A stretch of 63,187 nt of DNA, filler included. It is 25 parts of 25 records of this genome, joined end to end, with 100 filler letters (N's around TTAATTAATTAA, not from the genome) between each part and the next. Parts side by side here need not be neighbours in the genome. Positions count along the whole stretch, not along the records: positions 1 to 2,465 come from SRR16133337_51928; positions 2,566 to 5,081 come from SRR16133337_52000; positions 5,182 to 7,437 come from SRR16133337_52142; positions 7,538 to 9,659 come from SRR16133337_52151; positions 9,760 to 12,346 come from SRR16133337_52224; 20 more parts are not named here. One strand, 5' to 3'. Position numbers and translations under genes: made by a program. Below the pieces are notes generated by a model. That model was not told the origin of the DNA. It did no database searches and saw only the letters and a list, made by a program, of their open reading frames with translations. Shown here in pieces: positions 1 through 10,696 of the stretch (positions within the stretch are counted from its first letter, which is position 1; the number at the start of each line of letters is the position of its first letter).

Positions 1-30
1 ATTTTCAGGTTTCTAACTGGGCGGAGTATA
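1..30 (-). mobile_element. Terminal inverted repeat of a flavobacterial MITE family (contig starts inside the element)
   Basis: ATTTTCAGGTTTCTAACTGGGCGGAGTATA. Near-identical sequences at 22709, 29829 and 45016, and as reverse complements at 848, 27578, 39345 and 46121. Confidence 0.8.
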
Positions 31-184
31 ACGTATAAAATGCGTAGATTCGTCTTATTATATTTTTTAAAAAGATCTCCCGTAGATTTCACAGAGAACT
101 GCAGAAAAAGAATCTGCGGATTCTGCGAGAGAAATAAAATAGAGATTTAATCTTTTTATTTTATTGACAATAAGATCGTTATTT

Positions 185-202
185 CTTAACTTAATGACAT
201 TG
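185..202 (-). mobile_element. Solitary IS4-family-like terminal inverted repeat
   Basis: Reverse complement CAATGTCATTAAGTTAAG matches 13/18 of the E. coli IS4 end as I recall it (TAATGCCGATCAGTTAAG). No transposase in the contig. Confidence 0.4.
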
Positions 203-239
203 GCATAAAGCCTACTGCTTATAGCCTAAAAGCCTAAAA

Positions 240-920
240 ATGAAAAAAATAAAGATAAAAGTATGCGGCATGAGATTTCTTGAGAATATTCAGGAAGTGG
301 CTGCTTTACATCCAGATTATATGGGTTTTATTTTCTCTGAAAAATCAGTACGTAATTTTTCTGGAAAGATTCCTGAAATAGGTGCCACAATAAAAAAAAC
401 GGGCGTTTTTGTAAATGCTTCTTTCGATTTTATTCAAGGTAAAATACAAAAATACGGTTTTAAAGCCGTTCAGTTACATGGGAAGGAAACTCCAGACCTT
501 TGTAAACAAATAAAAGGAATCGGTGTAGAAGTTTTGAAAGTATTTTCTGTAAAAGAGGATTTTGATTTTTCCCTGTTGACAGCTTATGAAACAGTTGTTG
601 ATTATTTTTTGTTTGATACCCAAGGAAAACATCCTGGAGGAAATGGAATCCCATTTAATTGGAAAATCTTGGAAAAATATCCTTCTAAAGTTCCGTTTAT
701 TCTAAGTGGAGGAATAGGATTGAATGAGGTAGAAGCAATCAAAAAAATGATCCAAACAAATTTACCAATCTATGCCATTGATATCAATAGTAAGTTTGAG
801 AGAGAACCTGCATTGAAAAACATTGAAAAGTTAAAAGCGTTTTTTAAGATACTCCACCCGCTTAGAAACCCAAAAATTTTAGGCTTGTTATTTTTGTTTC
901 TAGCAAGGCTAAATTTTTAA
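240..920 (+). CDS. trpF: Phosphoribosylanthranilate isomerase with a repeat-derived C-terminal extension
   Basis: Motifs KVCGM, YMGFIF, GVFVN, VQLHG, LFDT..GG.G..FNW, LSGGI, DINSKFE; lies upstream of trpB. The last ~23 aa are read from the MITE at 848. Confidence 0.95.
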   Translation: MKKIKIKVCGMRFLENIQEVAALHPDYMGFIFSEKSVRNFSGKIPEIGATIKKTGVFVNASFDFIQGKIQKYGFKAVQLHGKETPDLCKQIKGIGVEVLKVFSVKEDFDFSLLTAYETVVDYFLFDTQGKHPGGNGIPFNWKILEKYPSKVPFILSGGIGLNEVEAIKKMIQTNLPIYAIDINSKFEREPALKNIEKLKAFFKILHPLRNPKILGLLFLFLARLNF

Positions 921-935
921 GCATCGCATCGCTAT
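848..935 (+). mobile_element. MITE copy (left end plus truncated interior) overlapping the trpF 3' end
   Basis: GATACTCCACCCGCTTAGAAACCCAAAAATTTTAGGCTTG, the same start and interior as the copy at 39345 (..AAAATTTTAGGCTTGCT). Right boundary approximate. Confidence 0.75.
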
Positions 936-984
936 AATTTCCAAAGGAAACGGAATTGTGAGAAGTGTGGAATCTTGGAAAAAC

Positions 985-1137
985 AGACAACCGACAATGG
1001 ACAACCCGACTGCAAGACAACCAGACTGCATGACAAATTAGTCAAAAGTGAGAAGTGGGAGGAGAACAAAAAAAGCAGTAGGCTTTAAGTAGTAGGCAAA
1101 AGTTACGAAATACGAAATACAAGATACGAACTACGAG
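985..1137 (+). repeat. Degenerate short tandem (about 7-nt) repeat tracts in the trpF-trpB spacer
   Basis: GACAACC/GACTGCA units at 985-1037, AGTAGGC units at 1077-1097, TACGAAA units at 1103-1137. Confidence 0.7.
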
Positions 1138-1165
1138 CAAGGACACCATTTAACAATAAAGAAAT

Positions 1166-2368
1166 ATGAAATCAAAATTTCAACCTACAAAAGAAGGATA
1201 TTATGGATCGTTTGGAGGTGCCTTTATCCCAGAATTGTTGTATCCAAATGTGAAAGAATTAGAAGATCATTATATAGAGATTCTCTATTCAGAAGCTTTT
1301 CAAAAAGAATACAAATATTTGTTAAACCAATATGTTGGAAGACCTACGCCATTATATTTAGCAAAAGGTTTGTCTAAAAAACACAACGCTTCTATCTATT
1401 TGAAAAGAGAAGATTTATGCCATACAGGTGCTCATAAAGTGAACAACACTATTGGACAAATCTTAGTTGCAAAACACTTAGGAAAAAAACGAATCATCGC
1501 AGAAACTGGGGCAGGGCAACATGGAGTTGCCACAGCAACCGTTTGTGCTTTGATGGATTTGCAATGTACGGTGTTTATGGGAGAAGTTGATATCAAACGT
1601 CAAGCACCCAATGTAGCACGGATGAAAATATTAGGAGCTACTGTAATGCCCGTAAAAAGTGGAAGTAAAACTTTAAAAGATGCCACTAATGAAGCCCTAC
1701 GAGATTGGATTGGAAATCCTGAGGATACCTATTATTTGATCGGTTCGGTGGTAGGTCCACATCCCTATCCAGATATGGTCGCACGTTTGCAAGCCGTCAT
1801 CAGTGAAGAAATCAAAGCCCAATTGTTTGCACAAACGGGAAAAGAAAATCCAGATACTTTGGTGGCATGTGTAGGGGGAGGTAGTAACGCTGCGGGTACT
1901 TTTTATCATTATTTAGAAGAGGAAAACGTAACGTTAATCGCCGTAGAAGCCGCTGGATTAGGTGTAGACAGTGGAAAAAGTGCTGCTACATCTCTATTAG
2001 GAGAAGTAGGCATCCTTCATGGAAGCAAAACTATTTTAATGCAAGATAAATATGGTCAGATTGTGGAACCTTATTCTATTTCAGCAGGATTGGATTATCC
2101 TGGGATAGGGCCTTTACATGCCTATCTTCATCAAATAAATAGAGCTACTTTTTTAAATGCAACCGATCAAGAGGCATTGGAGGCAGGTTACGAATTGTCT
2201 AAAACAGAAGGAATTATTCCCGCTTTAGAATCGGCACATGCATTGGCGGCTTTGGATAAAATGGAGATCCAACCAGGACAAGTAATCGTTGTGAATTTAT
2301 CAGGAAGAGGAGACAAAGATTTAGAAACTTATAGCACACATTTGGAAGCATATACGCCATCCCAATAG
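1166..2368 (+). CDS. trpB: Tryptophan synthase beta chain
   Basis: Motifs [20 protein letters not shown] (PLP lysine), [51 protein letters not shown]. Confidence 0.98.
   Translation: MKSKFQPTKEGYYGSFGGAFIPELLYPNVKELEDHYIEILYSEAFQKEYKYLLNQYVGRPTPLYLAKGLSKKHNASIYLKREDLCHTGAHKVNNTIGQILVAKHLGKKRIIAETGAGQHGVATATVCALMDLQCTVFMGEVDIKRQAPNVARMKILGATVMPVKSGSKTLKDATNEALRDWIGNPEDTYYLIGSVVGPHPYPDMVARLQAVISEEIKAQLFAQTGKENPDTLVACVGGGSNAAGTFYHYLEEENVTLIAVEAAGLGVDSGKSAATSLLGEVGILHGSKTILMQDKYGQIVEPYSISAGLDYPGIGPLHAYLHQINRATFLNATDQEALEAGYELSKTEGIIPALESAHALAALDKMEIQPGQVIVVNLSGRGDKDLETYSTHLEAYTPSQ
2351..2368 (+). mobile_element. Degenerate MITE end forming the last codons and stop of trpB
   Basis: TATACGCCATCCCAATAG (YTPSQ*) compared with TATACTCCGTCCGGTTAG (YTPSG*) at 39345. 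Confidence 0.5.
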
Positions 2369-2465
2369 GTTTTCAGAGTTAAGCACTTCTGTGGAATTAC
2401 TTTAATTGTAAATTGTAGTTGAAGGCTTTAAGCTATAGGCTAGACAAAAATGAAGAATGAAAAGT

Positions 2466-2565
2466 NNNNNNNNNNNNNNNNNNNNNNNNNNNNNNNNNNN
2501 NNNNNNNNNTTAATTAATTAANNNNNNNNNNNNNNNNNNNNNNNNNNNNNNNNNNNNNNNNNNNN
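2466..2565. other. Artificial 100-nt contig spacer (first of 24)
   Basis: N-run, TTAATTAATTAA (stops in all six frames), N-run. Others start at 5082, 7438, 9660, 12347, 14459, 17384, 19700, 22609, 24909, 27605, 29729, 32389, 34587, 36834, 39387, 41814, 43941, 46155, 50462, 53023, 56657, 58795, 60905. Confidence 0.99.
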
Positions 2566-3990
2566 TCACAAAAAAGATAAAAAATCTCATGAATTGAAAG
2601 GTGAGGGTTTATTCATTGATATACCGTGAAGACATGCGAAAACTTTTTGAAAAAGTCAAACACTGTTTCGCAGTGACAAAATACGTGCCGAATTCTCATG
2701 AAACGTCTTGTGTTTGTACATTTATGACAGTAAAAAAAGACGAAATTTTAAATTTTGATAACATATCGAGGTTGTAAAAATTACGTTTTTTCCAAAAAAT
2801 ATGATTTTAATTTTTAGAATTATTTCTGTTGTGCGTTCCTACAGAATGTGAGCGCTTGCTGAATTCTATTCAAATCTCTTTTCCGTAGGTTTTAAATAAA
2901 TAAGTATTGTAATTTATGGATGTTCGTGTTCGAAAAGATATCGCCGCCTACTTATCAAAAGGAATAGTAGAGAACGCACTAAACATCACAACTTGCATTG
3001 GGACCGGACTTTACCTTAATTGGTTACCCCAATATCATTCAACATGGTCGTAAAGCTTTCCGGAGTACATTTGAAACATTTATTTGAAATATTTTCTTTT
3101 CAAATAAGTTGGGGTTAGGTTACGTACCATTTCAGCATCGAATTCTTCCCTCTGGACTTTTGCTTCTTGCTGAAAACATAATTGCAAAAAAAAATCAATT
3201 TTTAATAACCTCACATGTTTCTATAGTTACTGTAGCTATCAATTACATTTGGAAACATACATAAGCATTTGTTTTGGTCAGAGAGTATCATTACATCTCT
3301 CTTGCCATTGTTTCAACTTTAAGCGAAAGTGTTTTTCTAAAAATATTCTACCAAGTAGTCGTAGAATCCGCTCGCGATGCATTCACCAATAAAAATTCAG
3401 ATGTAATGTTTAACAAATTATATTTTAAAAGTATAGTGTCAATAATGTAGATACAAAAATCAAAAATAAGCCGTTAATGTTACTAATAAGATTTTTGTAG
3501 CTCGAAAAATAAAACAAAGTTGCACTGAAAAAAAAGAGAAAATTTCCAGGCGATTCCTGCTCAGAAAAGTTACAAAATTTTATTATTATGGAATGAATGT
3601 TTGAATAAAAAACAAAGCAATTTGGTGAATTAATATTCAATAATGTCAATAGGCGTATCATAGTGTCAGATAAAACGTCCCAGACGAAGATTTTCATATG
3701 TGCAGTTTCGAAATGTTTATACCTCATTGCTTGTGATGATATGCAAAATATTCGTTGGCGGAAGTGTTTGTCGTTAATCGAAGGTTGTTTTAAAAGCCAA
3801 AAATGTCCCAAGCGCCCAAAAAACAATACTCCAATTAATCAAACTCATTACCTTAATCGTCAAACCCTTCTCCCCGAGAACACAAACCTTTTGAAATCCA
3901 AAATTTTGATACCATTTTAAGAACGTTAATTCGCTCCGACTTCCTCGCACAAAAGTTTTCACATGTAAAACAAATTCACATGTGACGTAC

Positions 3991-4125
3991 CTGCAACTGT
4001 TCAACTTGTTGCCTTCTTATTGAAAGGCCCTTTCGAAGTTTTTCTTGAATATCGATTGAATCTTTGAGTTCATTTCGTTCTGCGAGATTGGAGCGAGAAT
4101 CGCCAGATGTTGAGCGCCTTCTTTC
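3991..4125 (-). CDS. Probable eukaryotic exon, coiled-coil-like protein of unknown function
   Basis: TTTTTCAG acceptor, 45 open codons (ERRRSTSG..RRQQVEQLQ), CAG|GTACGT donor. Confidence 0.45.
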
Positions 4126-5470
4126 CTGAAAAAAGCAAATAAACACAATCCGTGATTCTGCATACAAGTTATGCCATTCAATAACTAACTCCTATATCAA
4201 GACTCAAAAATAAGAACCAAAAACAATTATAAATGATATGCAACGTCATCACTGATACGCAAATACAGACAGATATCCTATAAATCGATATGAATAATCA
4301 TAAGAACTGTTTCACCAAATATCAGTGCGTAATTTACACAATTTCAAAGCTTCAAAATTTACACAAAAATTCTAATTGTCCCATAATGGAAAAATGATTG
4401 GAAATTTGGATTATAAACGTTGAGTTTTTCCGCACTAATTGAAGGAATTAGCGCTCATCTACCAGCGTCTTTAAGGGTGAGTTCGGTTAATTGATTAATC
4501 GCATAAAGTTTTTCTTTAATCAAATAATCGATTAATTTGACTGAAATCGATCAATCGATTAGGCGGTTAAAATAAAGTGAATTCCTAGAAATGAAAAACA
4601 AAAGGTGAAATAAGAAAGTTATTTTGAATTTTCAATGTCACCCATTATTCACTTATAAAAGGTGTCTTCCCAAAGTCCACAAAAAAAGTGGAAAAAATTA
4701 GCAAATGGTGTGTTGGTTTTAAGTGACGGAGTTCTAAGAGCCCTGAGATTACAGTGCACAAGGCCTAACACACTAAGAACCTTCATCACACTCTATGTAA
4801 GAGCCTCTTCCGTGTTCGAAAATTGTAAATTTTCACCCAGTTTTTTCAAAAACAACTTTTCAGAAAAAATGATCTTTGGTCAGGAATCTAGTCTTAATGT
4901 TCAACGTGCAAAAAAATATGAAAAAAAATCACAACAAATACGCAAATTCACAAAATCATCAGCACATTATGTTGTACAGGATCGCGCGTCTTGCAAAAGT
5001 CATGTCGGTTGTGTGTGTATTTAAGTGATTGGTACTTTCCAGGCGATTTAGATTTTGAATTCTTGTGAAGTGGTACTTGTGNNNNNNNNNNNNNNNNNNN
5101 NNNNNNNNNNNNNNNNNNNNNNNNNTTAATTAATTAANNNNNNNNNNNNNNNNNNNNNNNNNNNNNNNNNNNNNNNNNNNNTTCAAAAAAGTGCACTTAT
5201 GATTTTGATTTTTTTACAAAACATCACCCGTTTAAATTTTCCATTGTGTGGATATTTTGTGTTGTCTAACATGTTTGTTTCGAAAACAAATGCATTTAAT
5301 GCTTCGTAACGTTTTTTTTGGAATTTTGGAATTTTCTGATATGTGAAGCAAATCTCACAATTTGCTACAAATTTTTTTAAAAAAGTTTGGTCCCATCTTC
5401 GACACAACATTCGTCTATCGAGGAAAGACAGTAAATGCATTGTAGTATTTCATGTGTTTGCGTTATGTAG

Positions 5471-5582
5471 GAAGATACACCAGAATCGAAAAAGTTAATT
5501 AAGTTGCTCCAAGGATTTGATGCAGGAGCATTTGCAGCTGATTGTGCTGACATGGTGACAGAAGGAAATCCTGAACCTGAAG
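5471..5582 (+). CDS. Probable eukaryotic exon, unknown protein
   Basis: TGTAG acceptor, EDTPESKKLIKLLQGFDAGAFAADCADMVTEGNPEPE, AG|GTAAAC donor; higher GC than flanks. Confidence 0.4.
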
Positions 5583-8500
5583 GTAAACTAATTCCAAATA
5601 CTTTCATTGCGCATATTTACTTCAAAAAGATGCGCCTTTAGAAAGTGGGGCTTTGTTTGGACACGTGGATATATGTTTGTTTTTGCTTTGAGGTCGGATT
5701 CTCGATTTACCAAGATCTTACTTCTTGAGTATTTTCACGCGCGAGAACGCGTTGCCTTTTGCATCATTTGGTTGGGAATTCATTTTTGTAATTTGCAACC
5801 AAATTTGTGTTGAGAATCTTGATTATTTCGTTTTGGTCTGAAAAAAGTTGTACTGTTTGTCAATGCTTTTTTTTGAACTTGGCAGAAATCAAGCTTCGGA
5901 TATGACACAAAATTATGTTTTATGTTCTTAGCGTTTGCAACCATCCCAACTAAATTTCAATATTGATAGGAAATATTTGGTTTTGTGTGTCAACGCAAAT
6001 CTCACGAAAGCTTCTATTTTCTTATCACATAATATGAAATTTTTAAATTCTAAAATCTCGTATGTTTGTATTTTTAAATAGATCCACCAGTTGAACCAGA
6101 AAGATTCGCACTTGTTTCGACTGTACAGATTGAAATTGATCTTCAGGTATGAAAATAGTTGACCACGCCTCACATACATACATCGCCCTATACTTTCCCA
6201 CTTGAAACAATTGCCATGTTGTTAAAATTAATATAAGAGATCTCATAATTTCCCATATTTTTTTAAAAAAAAACATAAATCATTTTTTATCATAACTAAG
6301 CCTTTTCAATACATCTAGACATGCCATGTTGCTATCATTTTGTTTACAAAAGGTTTAGTCGCTAATTTTGGCGTTTCAGTGTGGTGGGCGGTTTGCACGA
6401 AGCTTCTAAAAAAAGAAATTGTTTTAAGTCATGTCACCGAAATTCTGTTCTGTGTAGAGTGGCGTGGGAGGGCGTGTTTTTTTTGCGTTTTGATGGAGTT
6501 GCGCTGACACAGATGTTGTGTATCGTATCTATTCGTAGTGTAGTTAACCAATGTCTGTCCTCCTTCTCTGGTTTTACCTTACATTGTTTAAAACGGTTTT
6601 ATCTTGTTACAACCATTGGTTTGACACGATGCGAGATGAGAAAAACTTTTTCAAACTAAATACGTCGTCACATATTCGATCAACAGTATCTGTACGGTAA
6701 CAATTGTGATGTCAGTGATTTCTAAGAGATGTTATTGAGTGAATTTTGTGTGTTTTTGTGCTAGATTGATTTTGTAATAAGAGCAACAGCTTTGCCTCTT
6801 GCGTCGACTATTTTTGATATTACCGTTGCTCAACAAATTGCTGGCGCATTCGCAGATTATCCAACACTTGTACCAGCTATATTTTTTACATGTTTGGAAA
6901 ATTGCGCTCGTAAGTAACAGAAAAAGGAAAACTTTTGTGTAAAGAACTTCCACATGTACGCACATTCCGAATTTATATTTTGATATTTTATTTCAAACAT
7001 TAAATGTCGTTTGTTTTCCGAACATCCACCCACATAAACATTCACATACATCAAGGACCTCGCCACTCACGCACCCGCCAATCACTCACCTATAGAAGTG
7101 TTTTTGGGTATGTGGGAGGGGTTGGTGGGGAGGATTATTTTCAAGTAAAAATATGGATTTCTACACTCGCTTCATTTTTAGAAGCGACTATTTTTGTAGG
7201 GTGTTTTTAGAGAGGTGGTACGGAGTTACTTTTATGTGTGTTTCAATTTTCCACTTTAAATGTTTCTGGTTGTTTGTATCAAACAAAATGATATGTTATT
7301 CGAGCACGCTCAATGTTTCGACTACCATATCTTTTCCGAAAAAAGAAAACAGAAAGTTTTTTAAGTGCTTCAAATTTATTTTCCTTCTTTTCAAACGTTT
7401 TTCTTTGTTTTTGCTTTAGCTGAATTTGCACCATTTANNNNNNNNNNNNNNNNNNNNNNNNNNNNNNNNNNNNNNNNNNNNTTAATTAATTAANNNNNNN
7501 NNNNNNNNNNNNNNNNNNNNNNNNNNNNNNNNNNNNNTGTGTGTGTGTGTTGTGTGTGGTGGTGGTTTTTCAGATGTAAGAGATGATTTGTATTCACGTG
7601 TCCCATAATTTTTGGGTGGTTCCAACTTTTTCCTGGTTCTGTAACTTCAAAATTCTCTATTTTTAGACAGTCTCAGGCATGTCGCGCGAACGGCAAGTGT
7701 TCTTTTCGGGCTTTTCTGATTCTGTACGGAGATTTTTATTTTGGTGGTTAGGGGGTTGGCCTGGTTTGGTTGCTTGTTTTCCATGCGAGAATGTTCTATT
7801 TTTAGAGTATTGTCGCATAAATTTTGTGATATTGCATTGTCTTCGCACTTTGTACATCTCTGTGAGGTTGTCGTGACGTCACTTCGAACTATTTTTCAGC
7901 TTTAGCAATCGCTAATACAAACCAGGCCAATTTACAAAATACGAACCAGGCCAATTTACAAAGGATTCCTAACCACCCAAATAAAAGTTTTCATATGACA
8001 CAAAAATGATGTTACTCGCACTTTTTCAATGGATGTAGCATCATTTGATTGCATAAAAGTACCACGTTGACCAGACAAAACTCTTTAAAAGCTTGTACCA
8101 CCCAAAAAAATCAGTAATTTTTGGGGTATTACAATTTTTGCATGTTTTCTCACGACAGGAATGACACGTGTATTACATTTTTCACACAAATTTGAAAAAT
8201 TTTATTTGCGTGGTTAGGAATTTGGCCTGACCATCAGATATTAGTTGTTGCATCAAATTTCTGTTGCACATTTCCATTGTGCATTTCCATATTGTCTTGG
8301 CACGTTTCCACTTTTCAACATTTCCACCCACTCTTTCCTTTCGTTGTAATTGTACAGTAACTATCAGGCCAAACTATCAACTTTTCCTTACCACCCCAAA
8401 AATATTTTTCATTTTTTTGCTATGTCGCGCATTTGTCGCTTTTTTGTGTTGCAATTGACGTCATACTCTATTTTTAGAGACTTGACAGGCTCAAAATGGC

Positions 8501-8637
8501 GTATCAATGGTATTTTTTATGGTTTTTCAAACAGGCAAAAGTCAAGAAATGTTGCAATACCCCCAAAAAACAACCATGTTGTGTTATTAGCGCGTCACGA
8601 GTCAATTTCATTGGACACGTGGATCAGTGAATCTCAG

Positions 8638-9102
8638 TTTGTTCACTTGTTTCCGTTTCTCGGTGGTGAAATTCTTCCAAAATCCCTCGAAGAACTTGAT
8701 AAGCCACGTGAACGTAAAACAGGTGAAGTCATTGCTCTCATGGATACAGGAGCAGATGTTTGTGCTGTGAGTTCAAAAATTGCTCAAGAATGTGATCGTC
8801 ACCCTGCTTCACGGAAACCGCTTGATTTTGGTGGAAATTCTCTTGTTTCTGAAGAAGTTGCGTATTGTACGCTTTTGATTGGTGGCAATTATTTGGAGGG
8901 AACGTACTATGTGGTTGATTTTGATTTGAAAATTGGTAGTTTTGATGTTGACATGTTAATTGGGCGACATCGTATGGGGGAATGGCGTTTCATGTTGGGA
9001 TGCACAAATGGGCATATCCACATCAAGTTGCAAAAACCTTCAATTGCTTATTTCGCTGTGTCTAAAAAGGATGAGGAGAAGGATGACAAGCCAAAAGACT
9101 GA
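8638..9102 (+). CDS. Retropepsin-like (clan AA) aspartic protease domain, 5' boundary uncertain
   Basis: VIALMDTGADVCAVS active-site motif (Asp codon at 8743) and a downstream DMLIGR motif. Ends at TGA with no RT following. Confidence 0.7.
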   Translation, partial: FVHLFPFLGGEILPKSLEELDKPRERKTGEVIALMDTGADVCAVSSKIAQECDRHPASRKPLDFGGNSLVSEEVAYCTLLIGGNYLEGTYYVVDFDLKIGSFDVDMLIGRHRMGEWRFMLGCTNGHIHIKLQKPSIAYFAVSKKDEEKDDKPKD

Positions 9103-9880
9103 CATTTGTGAAACAATGTGACAGTTTGTGAAAAGCATGTGACAGTTTGATGTAATTTAAAATAGCAAGCAATGTGTTGGTTGTAGTGAGTAAAAAATCT
9201 TTACGGGAAAAGGATAGTTTGTGTGGTGTTTCTCGAATGCATTGATTTCACATTTTGCACAGAACGGTGATGGGTGTCACATGTTCATTTTATTACAGTG
9301 TTGTCAACGAGTCACAAAATTTTTTGGGTTCCATTTCTCTCTGTTTCCCCTGCTGAGCATTTCCATCTGATCTAACGTTTAAAATCTAACTATGCCAAGG
9401 TTAACTTCACGCCACCTAACTTCAAAATTCATTGTTTTTATGAATATGAAGCTTAGTGCATTTGTGGTGAAATGATGACAACTGCATGAAAACTTCAATA
9501 TTTAGTAAGAATTTTAAGATAAATTCGAGAATTCATTCTGCAGCTCAAAAAGCGTCAGTGGTGTCTAACCCACTGGATCTCATCGGACACGTGAAATATT
9601 GCTCAGAATTTTCTTTGTTCCTATTCAATTATTTCATGATGAAAATCTTGGACAACACTNNNNNNNNNNNNNNNNNNNNNNNNNNNNNNNNNNNNNNNNN
9701 NNNTTAATTAATTAANNNNNNNNNNNNNNNNNNNNNNNNNNNNNNNNNNNNNNNNNNNNACAAATAAAATTTTCCATATGGCCAAAATATCCAGTTGAAG
9801 AAAAAAATATTTTCGTTTTCTAAAATTTAAATATGCGTCAAACAAACAAATTCTCTAAAGTCCCCCAAAATATATTTTTG

Positions 9881-10381
9881 CTATTTCTTGCCTGAACAGG
9901 TTGGGGATGGACAGGGGAAATGAATTGGCACATGGTTGAAAAAGAAAGATGCCATAAAAAACCTGCAATTGTTTGTGTGTACCTGTGACGCTGACTTATG
10001 CTCCTTTCGGCTATCATCCCTTTTATATGCCCCTGAAGACGACGGAGCCTTTTCTTCACGAGGCATTTGAAAATCATGAGGACTTTCATTCCCTGACATT
10101 CTAGACGACGATGTAGGGCACGAAGCTGACCGAGACCTACTGACACTACCACTGGTTACATCGTCTTTCACTACTCGCAACGGCTGTTGACTAACTAACA
10201 ATTTCAATTCTTCTAGACTTGGGAACTTAATTCGGAACACTGGCTGCCCTGATCGAAATAATCGAATATACATATCAGGATTACGCACAGCCCATTTTAG
10301 AAAATAAAATGGTCCAGTAAAGTCCTCGATATGTATTCTTTTGTAGTTACTCAGTGGTATACTATTCTCGAGAACATACAT
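9881..10381 (-). CDS. Probable eukaryotic coding segment, unknown protein with Ser-rich tail
   Basis: 166 open codons in AT-rich sequence, with a likely CAG|GT donor near 9982. No recognisable domain. Confidence 0.4.
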   Translation of the reverse strand: MYVLENSIPLSNYKRIHIEDFTGPFYFLKWAVRNPDMYIRLFRSGQPVFRIKFPSLEELKLLVSQQPLRVVKDDVTSGSVSRSRSASCPTSSSRMSGNESPHDFQMPREEKAPSSSGAYKRDDSRKEHKSASQVHTNNCRFFMASFFFNHVPIHFPCPSPTCSGKK

Positions 10382-10454
10382 GCTTAATAGTTGTGCGTTA
10401 ACGCGTATTTTCTACCAAAACAATCGTTTAATAACAATATTTAGATCTGACATA

Positions 10455-10696
10455 CGACGATGCGAACTCAAAATACTAGATGACGTTTTAAAACAATGAG
10501 TATCCTGTATGTTCAATACACAAAATATTTTACGGTGTGAAAAAAGGAACCTTTAAATTTGACAATTGTTAACCGAAATGATTGTTGAACACGATTTCCC
10601 AAAAGCATGTTATATTTATGTTAAGTTACACATAAAATTTGAACAAAGCAGAAATCAAAAAGTCGCATAGTATAGATTTTTGAGTTCGCATCGTCA
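10455..10696. mobile_element. Eukaryotic MITE-like element with 18-bp perfect inverted repeats, TA-flanked
   Basis: GACGATGCGAACTCAAAA (10456-10473) is the exact reverse complement of TTTTGAGTTCGCATCGTC (10678-10695). TA at 10453-10454 and 10697-10698. Confidence 0.7.

Noticed and set aside
2450-2465. Start of trpA after trpB
   Set aside because: Only five codons before the spacer, and the sequence looks like another short repeat.
4483-4570. Cluster of ATCGAT / TTAATCG words
   Set aside because: No defined ends or second copy in the window.
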